A stretch of 64,000 nt of DNA from Squalus acanthias (Eukaryota). Below are positions 25,817 to 38,442 of this stretch, piece after piece. The stretch is from assembly GCA_030390025.1 (NCBI GenBank), contig CM059443.1, positions 21,328,001-21,392,000 of the forward strand. The letters run 5' to 3'. The first letter of the stretch is position 1. Each line of letters starts with the position of its first letter. The translations under genes and the position numbers were made by a program. The notes beneath the pieces are model-generated. The model had not been told where the DNA came from. It saw only the letters and a list, made by a program, of their open reading frames with translations, and searched no databases.

Positions 25817-25850
<34 letters not shown>
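25817..25850. repeat. (CA)n microsatellite
   Basis: Directly visible. Confidence 0.95.
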
Positions 25851-25852
<2 letters not shown>

Positions 25853-26249
25853 GAAGAGAACCTTATGAAAAGAAGATAGAGTGAGAAAAAAGACAGAGAT
25901 ACAGGTGAAAGCCACAGCAAATAGAATGGAAAGATGTATAATGCAGAGATAGCTACCTTTTAGAAAACCTTAGATTTTTTTTTTGTTCTGACCAAAGCTA
26001 CAAGAGATCCACTAGTGTAATCAGAAACGTTCAAAAACTTTGCTGCTAATTGGAGAGTAATAACATACCACAATCCAGAAAACGTGCTGTTTTTCGCAAA
26101 AATAGCAACTATTTACATTATTGAAAAAAAACTAAAATCAAAAGGTGGAAGAGAAATTTAAAAATCTAATGAGAATTACCCAAATGATTAGGTAATAACA
26201 CCAAGAACACTGTATACTATAATACGAAGCAACACTTTGTGGATGTTAC

Positions 26250-26385
26250 CTAGATTACTTGGTTCTTGCACTGGCCGTCTTCGAGGATTGCTGGTATAGG
26301 GGTAATACTGTGAGCCTGGTTTGACTCCAGTTGGCGACATTGCTCCCGAATTGGCCATTCCCATTTCAGAGTTCAGAAAACTTCC
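26250..26385 (-). CDS. TCF3: TCF3 coding exon: GSFLNSEMGMANSGAMSPTGVKPGSQYYPYTSNPRRRPVQEPSNL(E), first half of the bipartite NLS
   Basis: Acceptor ttttctgatgcag, donor TAG|gtaaca, 136 nt, phase 0 to 1. KPGSQYY and NPRRR are E-protein motifs. Confidence 0.93.
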
Positions 26386-26935
26386 CTGCATCAGAAAATA
26401 AATGCATTTACAATTAGTCTGAGCATCTTGGTTTACTACAGCACACTTAGAACTGAAAACAAAGTTTAATATTGTTAAAATAGTTGCAACAATTAATCTT
26501 TTTTTTTATATAGTTAATTTTAAAGTTGATGCACTGAAATAAACCTCGAAAACCCACAATTCCATCAAGGCGCCATAACAACTTCAGTCAATGCAGTAAC
26601 TGGAATGTAAAATAAAAGCCACGAAGGTTTTCACATGGATCGGAATAATTTAACTGAAGAGTGAAACTATATAGTTGGATAGCCAATAGACTGCATTGGA
26701 ATGAATATGCTTGCTCTTCAAGCCGTCTGAAGCACTGATGAATGAATTGCAGGATGCAGTTATTTGCTTCTCAATGACCTGCTGAAACAGGTGTTACACA
26801 TCTTACACTTTGCTACCCATTCAGAAGGTTGATGTTAAATATAAATGTCTAACACACTTTCCAAAAGTCAATCTTATAGCATCTTTGTACAATAGGCACG
26901 ACAAGTAATTGATGAACCCCCGGTAGAAAAGAAAT

Positions 26936-27726
26936 GGGGGGAAATTCAATAACTCTTATTAAATGCAGGCATGCAAACATTGGGGGGGGGAAGCGCGCGT
27001 GAAATTGGGTGCCTTTGTGCCTCCAGTTAGCACCCTAACGGGGCGTAAATGGCTTTGCGACCGGGCGCTGCGCTGACATTGTCTCCCGCCATATTCGGCG
27101 AGAGTTTTGCGGCAGCGCTACGGTGTTGCGCCCCGATCTCCTTTGCCCGGAGATCGTGACGTCATCGCTGTGCACAATGCCCTGGACCTGAAATTGACTT
27201 CCGCCCCCTGCAGCAACGCCAGTCGAAAACACAGACAGCTGCAGGAGGCGTGCATCGGGAGGCCGGCCGCTTCGGGGGTGATAATTAAAGGCGAGGTGGC
27301 CGAGGTAAGTAAAAAAAAAAAACTTACCTTTCTTGTTCCAGTTTTTTTCGCGGGTTCCTGCCCACGATCGATCAGCCCGGCGCTCTGCTCGAGTGCCGGG
27401 CTGATCGCGCCTGCCTTGGTGGTCCAGGTAGGTACTTTTTCTATTGCAGAGCTTGCAGCGATGGCCCTTCCCTTTAAGGGAGGGAAGGAGCCTTTGAACG
27501 CGGCAGCACTGTACGGCCCAGTGTGCAGTGCTGCTGAAGTCTCCGCCCCGCCTGCTGCCGATTGCGCTCTAAGGAGGAAGTGGAGGGCTTGATTTAGCGT
27601 TCCACTTCCTTCCTGGAGCGCAAACAGCGAATTTTTCAAAAGTTTAGAAACATTAGCACCTGGCGCGAAGTTTCTCAACTTTTAAAAGTTGGCGCCCCAA
27701 ACAGGGCGATAGTGAATTTCTCCCCC
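26936..27726. mobile_element. Harbinger-type non-autonomous element (MITE)
   Basis: Right end tgaatttctccccc. Left end is either ggggggaaattca (26936) or the G-run near 26983. Subterminal blocks are homologous, inverted, to the 62364 element. Confidence 0.72.
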
Positions 27727-29119
27727 AGAAACTTCATCACTCCCATGTTAGCTCCAAAAAAATTTCAAATGTAACCAAACATTTTAGAATGCCCAACAGA
27801 AATGATTCATGAAAATTAAGCACCCCTTTTAGTAGATTTTTAAAAAAAGTTTTGGAACTGTAAAAATATCTGTCATTATAAAAATAAAATGGCTGACTGT
27901 ACCAATTATACTTGGATCTAAAACTCAATCAAATTGGCCATTCTGAGAATATGGCATTTTTTTTCCAGACCGTTAAGATTCAGTAATCAAATTCTCAGCA
28001 ATTATATGAGCTGCATTTTGTTGGAACTTCTATAGTACAGAACAGATTGATAACCTTTAAAAATATATGAAAAACCACTGAGGAACGTAACAACTAAATT
28101 GACATGAAAACACTATCTCAATTGAACTGGCTGGACAAAAAGGTAACTGGGCTTTCTTCCTGTACGGTGTAGAGTCTAATTTAATTAGAATGAAAAGAGA
28201 AAGTTCATGCCGGCCATTTGGTGCACACTGGACAAAAACATTTCAATTTCCTCTGTAACAATGGCTGAAATTAACATTAGAGTGGGCGACAGACAGGTTT
28301 AAACTTAATCCCCACTTACATCTTATGCACAATATTCAAAAGAAATAACCAAATTATAACTGTCAAAATTCTGTGTATTTTGAGCTTGGTATGGCTGATT
28401 AAATCGTTCATCATTTATCAATTTAGCAGCTATCAGTTTAACAACTATTTGTACTACATGGTTTTGAATGCGAAATGAAATGGCATTTAAACATTCAATG
28501 CACTTCTGGATTCTCAAACTAAATACTTAAAATGGTTTCTGACTACAGACAGCAATGTGGAAAAACACAAGGACAGGTAAATTAAGTCAATATTTAAGAA
28601 GAATCTGGAGGCATTTTCATAAAGGCAAAAAAAAGGCAATTGCACTACAGGTTGAAAATAGTTAGTCCACATTTATCCTTCCCACAGTGCTATCTAGCCA
28701 TACAAGATCACCAATCGAATGTAAAGTTTATTGTAGGAAAAGAAAAATACACAACACACATTACGTCTCCTCAACTCATAAGCCAGTGACAATTGGGCAG
28801 GTTAATTGGTGCAAAAAGTAATTTCAACACACTTACACTAGTAATTTTTAAATATATGTCACAGCTACTCAAGCTAGAGTGTGGTTTTCTTTTTGTAACA
28901 ATTGCTAACATTTATATTTAACTACAAAATATTATTTTACCATTAATTTGAACACAGTTGACTATTTACACCCATATCAAATCTACTTTAAATTTGTAAC
29001 ATTGTGCAAATTTAAAACATGGCAGTTTTAGAGGAGAATAAACGACTTCACCTGCAATTGTTGCAAGAGAACTTTGGCTGAACAGATAAAACTTAAAATT
29101 GTACATTCAGTCCACTTAC

Positions 29120-29187
29120 CTGATTTAAACCTGGCATGGCTGATTCTCTTCCAAATGGTGGAAAAGGAACCCTCTCAGCATTTTTGA
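29120..29187 (-). CDS. TCF3: TCF3 coding exon: (V)KNAERVPFPPFGRESAMPGLNQ
   Basis: Acceptor ttttttacatag, donor CAG|gtaagt, 68 nt, phase 1 to 0. Resembles E2A GKSGERGAYASFGRDAGVGGLTQ. Confidence 0.9.
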
Positions 29188-30689
29188 CTATGTAAAAAAA
29201 AAAGTGACACTCAAGTATCCATTAGGTCATGAAGTACTACAGTAATAACATTTTCCACTTCTGCACTCCTCACACAACAAGAACACACATCTGGAAATTG
29301 CACACTCAGCCCCATGATCACGGGCTAAAGTTGTGCAATTTCTCCAATACATGCCGGGAACGTAGAAGCAGAAAATCTCTCCTTACATACAGTAGCTGTG
29401 CAAATTGAGCATTTCATTTAAATGCCCTTTATGCCAAGCTGAAACTGTATATGCAAAACTCCAAAGTTTCATAATTAACAATTTCAACATGCTCAATCTA
29501 GTTACAATCTTCAGAACTCAGCCTAGATTTTCTCTAGGTGAATGCCAAGATGCATTTACATAATTACTTTTTTTAGAAACCATATCCAGTTTTAATACCA
29601 GGGAACATAATTTTGAGCTTCAGAGGCTAGCTCCATTGATGCACAGGGGCTCCTGCAGCACAACTGTGTAACTCCACTGGTTGAGACTACCTCAGGTAAA
29701 CCAGCTCAAAGCACTTGGCCTTGATACGGAATGGAATCCAACTCCAGAACAGTATGAAGTCCAGTTTAAAAAAAGCGCTCAGGCAGCCTGCTAATCCATT
29801 TGCGCATTTTACAATCCTAAGCGGAGTCTTTAATGTTTTTGGGAAAGTGGATGTGCCCACCTGCACTTCAAAGCATTAAAAAAAAACTGACCTCCGCAAG
29901 TGGAACTCTTATATATGCATGTAGAGAGCTCAGTCTTGGCAGCAAGGGTGCCATTCGCACCCAGGTAAAATAACAGGACATCATACAGCACCTCACAAAC
30001 TGCAGTTATTAGTCTCAAATTTGTACTGCAATAGAACGATAGCTTAAGATTAATTTCCACATTGCTAGTGTTCCCATAAAAAAAGTTTCTTTAATCCAAC
30101 GACTAAACAGCCCTCCTGACAGAGAATGCATTTCCGTTACTCTACGCGAAGAGACACCAGCGGGCTACAAAAGGAAAAACTGAACTGCCTGCTGTCCCAG
30201 CTAAATAAAAAATGAGTTTTAAGAGATAAAATACATCTGCAGTTGGATTAATAGACAATTATTGCCCTCAAGTGACAAGAGTAACCCAAGTGTTCAATAT
30301 ATACAAGAACGTGAAGTTTTCTACTAGGTATTCACATTGCACAGGAAGCACTTCTGGTTGGATCGAGCACAAACTGTTAAATGGACCAAAATATATTACA
30401 AATGTTGACGAATATACTTGCCACCACTGTATAATGCTTATAAAAATTTGCATCATCCAACCTTTACATTCGCGGGAGCAGAGTTTCTGAAATGCATTTT
30501 AAGTTGAGCTGAAACCTGAAAAACTAGCAACCAAGGGGAGCCCGAGGGCTAACTGCTCCCAGTTCAAGATCAATAGCTCCTACAATCCCACTCTGATTAA
30601 CTAAATTTAGCCCCTACTCAAACCAGGCATTAAAGACACTGCAATGCATACTTAATGCCCGAAAACACTGGCACGGCCACCCTGCTCCC

Positions 30690-31553
30690 AGTTCAGTCGG
30701 TGGAGCTCTCGCCTCTTGGGTCAGAAGGCGCAGGTTCAAGTACCATTCAGGTCTTGAACACAATAATCTAGGTCAACAGTCCAGTGCAGTATTGAGAGTA
30801 CTGCATTGTCAGAGGTGCCATCGTTCAGATGAGACATTAAACGGAGATCCCAGCTGTCCGTTTCAGGTGGGGATTAAAGATCCTATTGCATTATTCAAAG
30901 AACCGTTCTCTCAGTACTCTGACCAAGTTTTCTCCCGTAACCAGCACCACCAAAACAACAGATTAACTGATTATTCACCTCTGCTGGTTGTGGGACCAGC
31001 TGGCACTCTGCTTCCCTACGTAAAAGACCGACCTTCATTTATATAGCGCCTTTCACAATCTCAGGACATCCCAAAGCACTTTACATTCAATGAAGTACTT
31101 TTGAACTGTAGTCACTGCTGTAATGTAGGAAACGCGGCAGCCAATTTGTACACAGCAAGGTCCCACAAACAGCAATCTGATAATGAACAGATAATCTGTT
31201 TTTCTTTTTTAGTGATGCTGATTGAGCAGTAAATATTGGCCAGGACATCAGGGAAAATTCTTCTGCTCCTCTTCGAAATAGTGCCATGGGACCTTTTAAA
31301 TCACCTGAAAGGGCGGACAGGGTCTCGGTTTAACGTTTCATCCTAAAGATAGCACCTCCGACAGTGCAGCACTCCCTCAGCCTAGATTTCTGTGTTCAAG
31401 TCCCTGGAGTGGGACTTGAACCCACAACCTTCTGACTCAGAGGAGACTGCTACCACTGAGCCACGGCTACAGTCAGTACATTTCAAAAGTAATGCACTGT
31501 GAGAAGAGATTCGAGATGTTTTAATAACATAATTAAACGCTACATAAATGCAA
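30690..31553 (+). mobile_element. Old Deu-domain SINE split by a younger inverted copy
   Basis: The 5' part (30690-31025) ends ttccctacgtaaaa and resumes at 31469 with acagtcagtacatttcaaaagt, which rebuilds the family sequence. Confidence 0.8.
31026..31468 (-). mobile_element. Younger near-full-length Deu-domain SINE
   Basis: tRNA-like head on the minus strand (gtggctcagtggtagc..gggttcaagtccc), Deu core and tail. High identity to 57262. Confidence 0.9.
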
Positions 31554-32221
31554 AATATTCCTTTACTTTCTGGTCATCGATCTCAGCTGAAGAACTCGGC
31601 CAAGTGCGAGTCCCACCAGGTTTTCAAGTTTTAGGGCTATGCTAGTAATGGCCATTTTAGTTGAAATTTTGCATTGAAATGGTCATTCATTGTATTTGTC
31701 TTGTGCAAAAGAAGGCCTCTCACTGCGTTATCTATGTATCAACACCAATAATCATTACAGCATTAACACCAACATTTATTTCAGCATCTCCAACACATTA
31801 AAACAAAAGGACTAATTAAATATATATCGCAGAACTATTTAAGTGTGTTTGGGCCATCAAGATTATGCAGGCCCAAAACTTTTCTTTGGAGCAGTATATA
31901 GGTGAAGCACCAATCTAGTCAGAGAGCAGGGGTAGAACAACCTCAAATAAACTGCTGAGCACCCAATCTCAGAAATCTCAAAGTGCTACAGTGAGGCGTT
32001 GGGCCAGAGGAGCAGTCGTCTCTGGGCCACTTTTAATGCTGAGCAGCACTGGCAGAGGTATGGAAGAAGGGGGCCATCTACAGGTGACAAACAGCCCATG
32101 AAAAAGTAAAAGGGACTCCATAACCTTCCACACTATGTATATACAGTATACACAAACACAGACACACACACACACACCCCTTCCCAGAGATGACAAGCTC
32201 AAAAACAGCACGCAAAAAGGA

Positions 32222-32292
32222 AACAAAAGCAAAAAACCCTGCGGATGCTGGAAATCCGAAATAAAAAGCACAAAATGCTGGAAACACTCACA
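32222..32292 (+). mobile_element. Penelope-like terminal-repeat fragment
   Basis: ctgcggatgctggaaatccgaaataaaaagcacaaaatgctggaaacactca is related to the remnants at 37005-37740. Confidence 0.6.
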
Positions 32293-32974
32293 CAAAGGAA
32301 ACATAAAGCTTCCACAGGTAAAAGCATTAAGCAGCCACACCCAATTAAAATATATGAGTCATAAAGCAGGTTTGTCCAGAGGAAGCAATTTTTATGACAT
32401 CAGATCACCTGCCACAACTTGTCGACTTGCTATAATGCTGATAACAAAGGAAGTGGTGAGGGTAATTACTAGTTTACTTAGCAATAGATTCACTACCATG
32501 TTAGTACAAACCTTGTAATTAAAGACAGACAAAATGTTTATGTAAAAATAACGAAACAAACTGGTTCCCTGGATAGAAAAACACCCCCCTTCACTTATTA
32601 CCAGTTTCAAACGAATGCAAGTAATTATAATTCTCTTCAAAAGTGAATGCATCACCACAAAGATTACCTAACTGGGTAGCAATATTACTATTCCAAAGCT
32701 TTAGAACGTATGAAACGTGACTTGTACCAGAAATCTGGTTAATGTACCCGTTAAAAAAGGCTTGTGATGTAGCCCTGAGCATAAAGATATGTATTTTTAA
32801 AAACACATTTTTATGAAGAGCTTGAAACACAGTGTAAGCATTAAAGTACCTTATATTAAAAAACCTACCAATCAATTCTAATTCATACATTAGCAGCACC
32901 AGAAGACATCACATTTTGTTTACCATTTCAGTCAACAAGATACCCAACCTTCATCACATAGTTGATAAAGGTTG

Positions 32975-33560
32975 TGGGGGGAGGGAGGAGAAGAGGAGAG
33001 GTTCGCACTGCATTCCCGACACGTACCTGCCCCCCACCATTCTTACTTACCTGTCTTCAGGTACAGGAAGGCTGCCCGCCCTGGAGCAGCTGAGGCCTAA
33101 ATGTAGACACCAATGTCATCGGAACACACAGACGCAATTTTAACCGCGGGGCCAACTATGGCCCGCATAGTCTGTGACCCCCCAGCAAAATATATTTATA
33201 TTTTATATAAATAATTTATTTTATTTAATAAAGGTTTCCTGGTAGGCTCTCCTGGCCCCACAATACCACCTCGGGCCTCTCCTGTCCAAGGCTCCCTTCC
33301 CCTCGCCAAACCGCAGACTTGCCTTACCGGAGACCATTTCCACGCGCCCCCGGCAGCAGCCTGACCCTGCACCAATTTTGACTCCCGCCTGCCAGCGGTG
33401 ACATCATTCCCGCCAGCTTTGGGCGGGAGTCAAGAGTCGGGGCCTGCAAATTAAAGTTGAAATCTCTTGGGCCTCACACTCTGGAGGGACAGATGATTTG
33501 CTGCCCGCTTTGGCACCGCCCCCCTCCGATTCCCACCCAGAGTTAAAGCTGGCCTTTAGG
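32975..33560. mobile_element. Truncated GC-rich non-autonomous DNA element
   Basis: CpG-rich block ending gttaaagctggcc, with internal inverted ttgactcccgcc / ggcgggagtcaa. Left end unclear. Confidence 0.45.
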
Positions 33561-34244
33561 TTTCGTCGTTCGCATCCTACACTAAACAAATGCAGAATAA
33601 AAAAAGGGAGCCAATTATAATTCGTTAGAATAAATCACTTTTTTTTGGTTACTCAAAGCCCGCCCAGTTTATCTATGTTCATCTTAAAGCAGTTTCATTC
33701 GCTCCCCCTCTCCATAAGGCAAAAAACAACTTAATTTACCCGATCTTGGGGCTGCCATTTTGGAAACCTGTCTGCATTTAGTGCTGCATTACAGCACACA
33801 AAAACAAAACAAAAAATGAAACCAGAGAGGTTGTTTGTCCCATCAAGACTTCCCTCCAGCCTACCTAAAATCCATCATGCACACTACCTAACCGAATCAC
33901 CCAAGGAAAGGTTTCAAAGTTTCTCCATGCTCTTCTCTGCAATTAACCTGCTGCGCCTTCAGAATACTAATCAAATTTCAGATTCTACATATCCGAAACC
34001 AGTTGCCTTCAAGGTACTAACGGGTCAGAAACCACCATGTTCCACACACGATAAACTCTATTGGCACTTACCCGCAACCTTGTTCCTAAACAAGTGTTCA
34101 TTCAGCTATTACTTAGAGAAAGAAAATTGATGCATTAACTTCTGTTTGGGTGGGTTTCAAAATGTAGTTCAAAAAAATTCCTTCTAATCTCAAATTAATG
34201 TTCTCTAGTCCTGCATTTATAATCCAAGTAAAATTATTGTTCAC

Positions 34245-34615
34245 TCTCAGGATGTGGACGTCACTGGCAAGGCTGGCATTTATTGCCCAACCCTAAGTTT
34301 CCCCAGAGATGCTTTGATACAAGAGTGCCTTCAGAGCGCAGTTAAGAGTCAACCACACGGGACTGGAGTCACGTATAGGCAAGACCGGATAAAGATGACA
34401 GGTATCCTTCCCTAAAAGGATATCAGTGAACCAGTAGGGTTTTTAAATGACAATCCAACAGCTTCATGATCACTTTTACCGATACCAGCTTTTTACAAAA
34501 ACTGAATTCAAATTCTCAAACTGCCATGGTGGGATTTTAACTCGCGTTCTCTGGATTATTAGTCCAGGCCTCTGGTTTACTAAGCCAGTAGCATAACCAC
34601 TCGGCTACCACACCC
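34245..34615 (-). mobile_element. Near-full-length tRNA-derived SINE with LINE-shared tail
   Basis: Head matches 23655-23755. Tail matches the 11548/14915 motif. Confidence 0.8.
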
Positions 34616-36603
34616 ATATTTTGATATATTCTCAGTATTTTGAAGACCTGGCTCATGTTTTCTTATTGATTTTTTTCTCTCTCTAATGAAAACAAGTGTC
34701 AGCTCGAGAAGTCTTGTCCTCAATCTATCAATCAACCTCCAAACATCAATGTCCTTTTAAATGCTACACTAGAATTGAAGCTTAAGGTTTGACAAAGGCC
34801 CTGTTTGAGCTAAAATTAAGGACTACAGCTCATTTGAGAGCTTGAAACACACAACAGATAACCATTTTCATGAGGTAGAGTTGTAAAAGAGTTTTCTACA
34901 CTGGTCATTAACAGCAAGACACAAGGAATGAAACATTTCTTCATTGCACCCAATTTAAATCAATTTCAGTTACGGAGATCTGAACAAGATTTTAATTCCT
35001 AAAAAAGTAACAAGGCCAGCTGTTTGCTTGGACGCACTGCGCAGATTTACCAGTTCTTTTCTATTTTTGTTTGAATTTTTTTAAACTATGAAGTTAAATG
35101 ATTGTCTATTATAATGAAGAAATACCAGAGCAGCAATACATATTAAAAATAGAAGATAATGCAGAGACTTTAATAAAGGGGTTGATTTAACATCATGAAC
35201 GACTTGAGCTTCCTATAGCAATTTCTTCCTTGGTATATTTGGTTTATCTCTTTTTCTCTCCTCTTCCCACTCCAGTGGGTATGTCACCGAGAATAAAGAT
35301 TTGCTGCCACTTCTGTACCACATGGTTAGACCAGAATTAATACAAGGAATCATTTTACTGGGCATCGCAGGAGGAACTATGGATTCTGTATGATGCTATT
35401 TAGCACAACACTTGGACTGGGCATTCTGTTATATGTAAAGCATAGAGTTTTCAGACTTCCAACATTTTAAGCAAACATGCTACTCACTACATATTCCAGA
35501 TACAGAATTCTCGTGGCCCATAGAATGAATGCAGATGCATGCAAACTTCTGCCTTTTTTTTTAAAGCCTTTCCAATTTACAGAATATGCCTTTTACCACA
35601 ATTTATACCCATGATAATTCCCAGCTACAGATCAGTTATGTCCCCAGTGATCATCTGATTTGCTTTTCCTATGCTCCAGTTCACATTGCCAACTATGCAT
35701 CAAAACATACCAATGCAACGTTGTTCACATTAAAGCAATTTGGTCACAAATGACAGACAACGTTCAAAATTAAAAAATTATTCCACGTTTAATGATTACA
35801 TTTCAACAAAATTCTCTAACAAATGACAGTTGGTTAAAGTCCCCACACAAAACCACAAGAGATGATGGTCCCTTTTCAGTCAAAACCAGGACTGCCCCTT
35901 TCGTGAACAATTTTTAAGCACGCATTATTTAGCAACCGTCAGCTCTTCATTAACCATAAGCAAGGCAACTAGTACAAGTAAGGAAACCCACCAAGAATCT
36001 TACTCCAGGCTTAAATTTCAACAGTGATTTTAAGTTACGTTAAAAGCAATATTTATAATTATATCCAAGTTCTATGTAACAGTTCTACAACATGATTTAA
36101 GACTGCAATAGCAATTTTAAAATCCGAAGCAATAAGCCTATCTATACGAGGGTTCTGAACAACGATAGTGTATGTAAATTAATAGGACAGTCAATTTATT
36201 CCACATTGACATGATCTAAAACTATTTTGGTGATCTCTCTGATCCATATCTACAGGGGAATACCCTACACATTAGAAAAATCCACTAAGAAATTTAAACA
36301 TCCTTACCCGTGTGAGGCATTGCAAACACCTCCCAGTAAACAATACTGCATGCGTGCATACCTCAAGTAATTCTCATCGAAATGTAAACATTATTTTCAA
36401 TCGGTCACGGCCCTCAGGAATGAAACCCACTTCCAACAGATCTATCCCCAACAAGGCCGTGAGCCAAGGAAGCAGTTTCCTTTGCAGCAGTGAGAGTTGA
36501 AAGCTGGACGAGCCAGGTCAGCAACCACGTTAAGACTCTAGGTGGGTTCTCCCGCTCAGCGGATTGAGGCGCTGCACTGAAGCCACTGGCCCAGAGGTTG
36601 CAG

Positions 36604-36735
36604 NNNNNNNNNNNNNNNNNNNNNNNNNNNNNNNNNNNNNNNNNNNNNNNNNNNNNNNNNNNNNNNNNNNNNNNNNNNNNNNNNNNNNNNNNNNNNNNNN
36701 NNNNNNNNNNNNNNNNNNNNNNNNNNNNNNNNNNN
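36604..36735. other. Assembly gap (132 N)
   Basis: Directly visible. Confidence 1.
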
Positions 36736-37004
36736 TGGTGGGAACACAGAGCCGGCTCGAGTAACCTATGGCAGCGTGATAGATTATTTATTGGATTCCT
36801 TCTTGCTGGTCACAGCACATGTGGCTTATAATTAAGTACTAATCACTTGATTCATCAAGCTGCAGGGAACGTACATTACTGTCTGGTATGCTTACGTGTC
36901 TGTAGGCTGTTCCTGTGGGATAACGGGTAGTTAAATATACTAATATGTTAGGTGCAGAGACTTAGCCCGGTTCTGTCCAAAGCAACATCCTTGATAGTTG
37001 AAGT

Positions 37005-37740
37005 ACAAGCAGAAAATGCTGGAAATAAACAGGTCAGTCAACACCTTTTTTAAAAAAAGAGACATTTTGGATGTGTACCCTTCAATAGAACTGAAGGCTT
37101 AAGATAAAACAGGTGTGTTGGTACAGTTGGGAAAAATAAAGAGAAAAGGGTGCGTGGAAGTGAATAGAAAACTCAACAGATATACCCGAAGGAGGGTTAA
37201 TGGGTCAGATGACACACAAACTTTCAGAGCACAGCATTGGCTGAGCTTGTCCAGTGATGTTGGCTCGTTTCCCCCGCTTGTCACAATTGGCTCTAGCGGG
37301 CCTTCCTTGCATTTTCTGTTTTAATTTCAGATCTACTGCAGCTGCAGTATGTTTTCTTTCCTATTCCTCTACTTTCCCATATTTCCTTACATTTTGATTT
37401 GTGTGGACCTCGTGTATGTTCACCCTCCACTATTTGCACATTCTTTTGTCCTTTTCATAGTTCTGAAGCACCTCACCGATGATCTTTTACATCATTCAGT
37501 CTGCAGATCGTTTAAAGCGTTAACTCCCTCTATGGTTCTTTTGATCCTCTTCCTTTTTCTCCACACCCCCACTTTACTAAAATGCCTGTTTATCTTTCAG
37601 TCTTCAGTTCGATGAAGGATACACACTCAAAATGTCATAACCTGCTGTTACTCTTTATAGATGCCGAGCAATCTACTGCACAGTTCCAGAACTTTGCTTT
37701 TATTTCAATTTCCAGCATTTGCAGTTTTCACTTTTCATTT
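37005..37740. mobile_element. Penelope-like element remnant with inverted terminal repeats
   Basis: Plus-strand agaaaatgctggaaataaacaggtcag..gacattttggatgtgtacccttc (37010-37098) is inverted relative to 37600-37725. A third partial copy is at 37310-37355. Confidence 0.6.
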
Positions 37741-38442
37741 TTCTGATGGTTGATTGCACAAGTAGTAATTTCCTGCAATCACAGATTGGTTAAAGTGTTT
37801 GGAACACATCAATGGTTCTGGCCATTCTATTCAATCAGACATTCTATGCAATTGACATCTTTTTAAAGGCTGGTTGATAGCTATATCGTTGAAGAAAAGT
37901 TTGTGAGGTGCACTGCCATGATTCTTTGTAGACCCTTTGACAGACAGCTCTCTAGCCGGGAGCTACAAGTTTATATGTGGCTGCCTGCAGTCAGCTCACC
38001 ATTTAGTCTAAATCAGGCAGGGGTATGAGTCTAGTCAGAGGACTCTTGTGATATGAAGCAGCCACCTAGGTATCTTCTGGTATCTTTTTCAGGGATTTGA
38101 ATATGCTTGGTTTGCACAAGAATATATTTGAAGATATTATGTGTCTCTCTATTCTTGGGAACCACCTTGTTCTCTGATACATAGCTAGCGGACTCTTCTT
38201 GTGTACTCTGTTCCACAGTGGACCACCAACAGCAAATGTGACAGCAAGTCCACTTATATTTATAAATGTAAAAAAAAACCCCCACAGGTGACCAGATTCA
38301 GATGCATGGAGAGTTTGAGGTGGCGGGTTGTAGTGCAGGATAGGATAAAGGCAGCAGAGATCTGGAAGAACTGAAGTTTACATAGGGTGAAAGATGAGAG
38401 GCCAGCCAGCAGAGCATTGGAATGGTTGAGTCTGGAGACAAT

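Noticed and set aside
27107-27678. 161-aa and 186-aa antiparallel ORFs, or a CpG-island promoter
   Set aside because: Both lie wholly within a MITE related to the 62364 element.
31380-31468. tRNA genes (A/B boxes here and at 23700, 34560 and 57650)
   Set aside because: These are tRNA-derived SINE heads with no complete cloverleaf.
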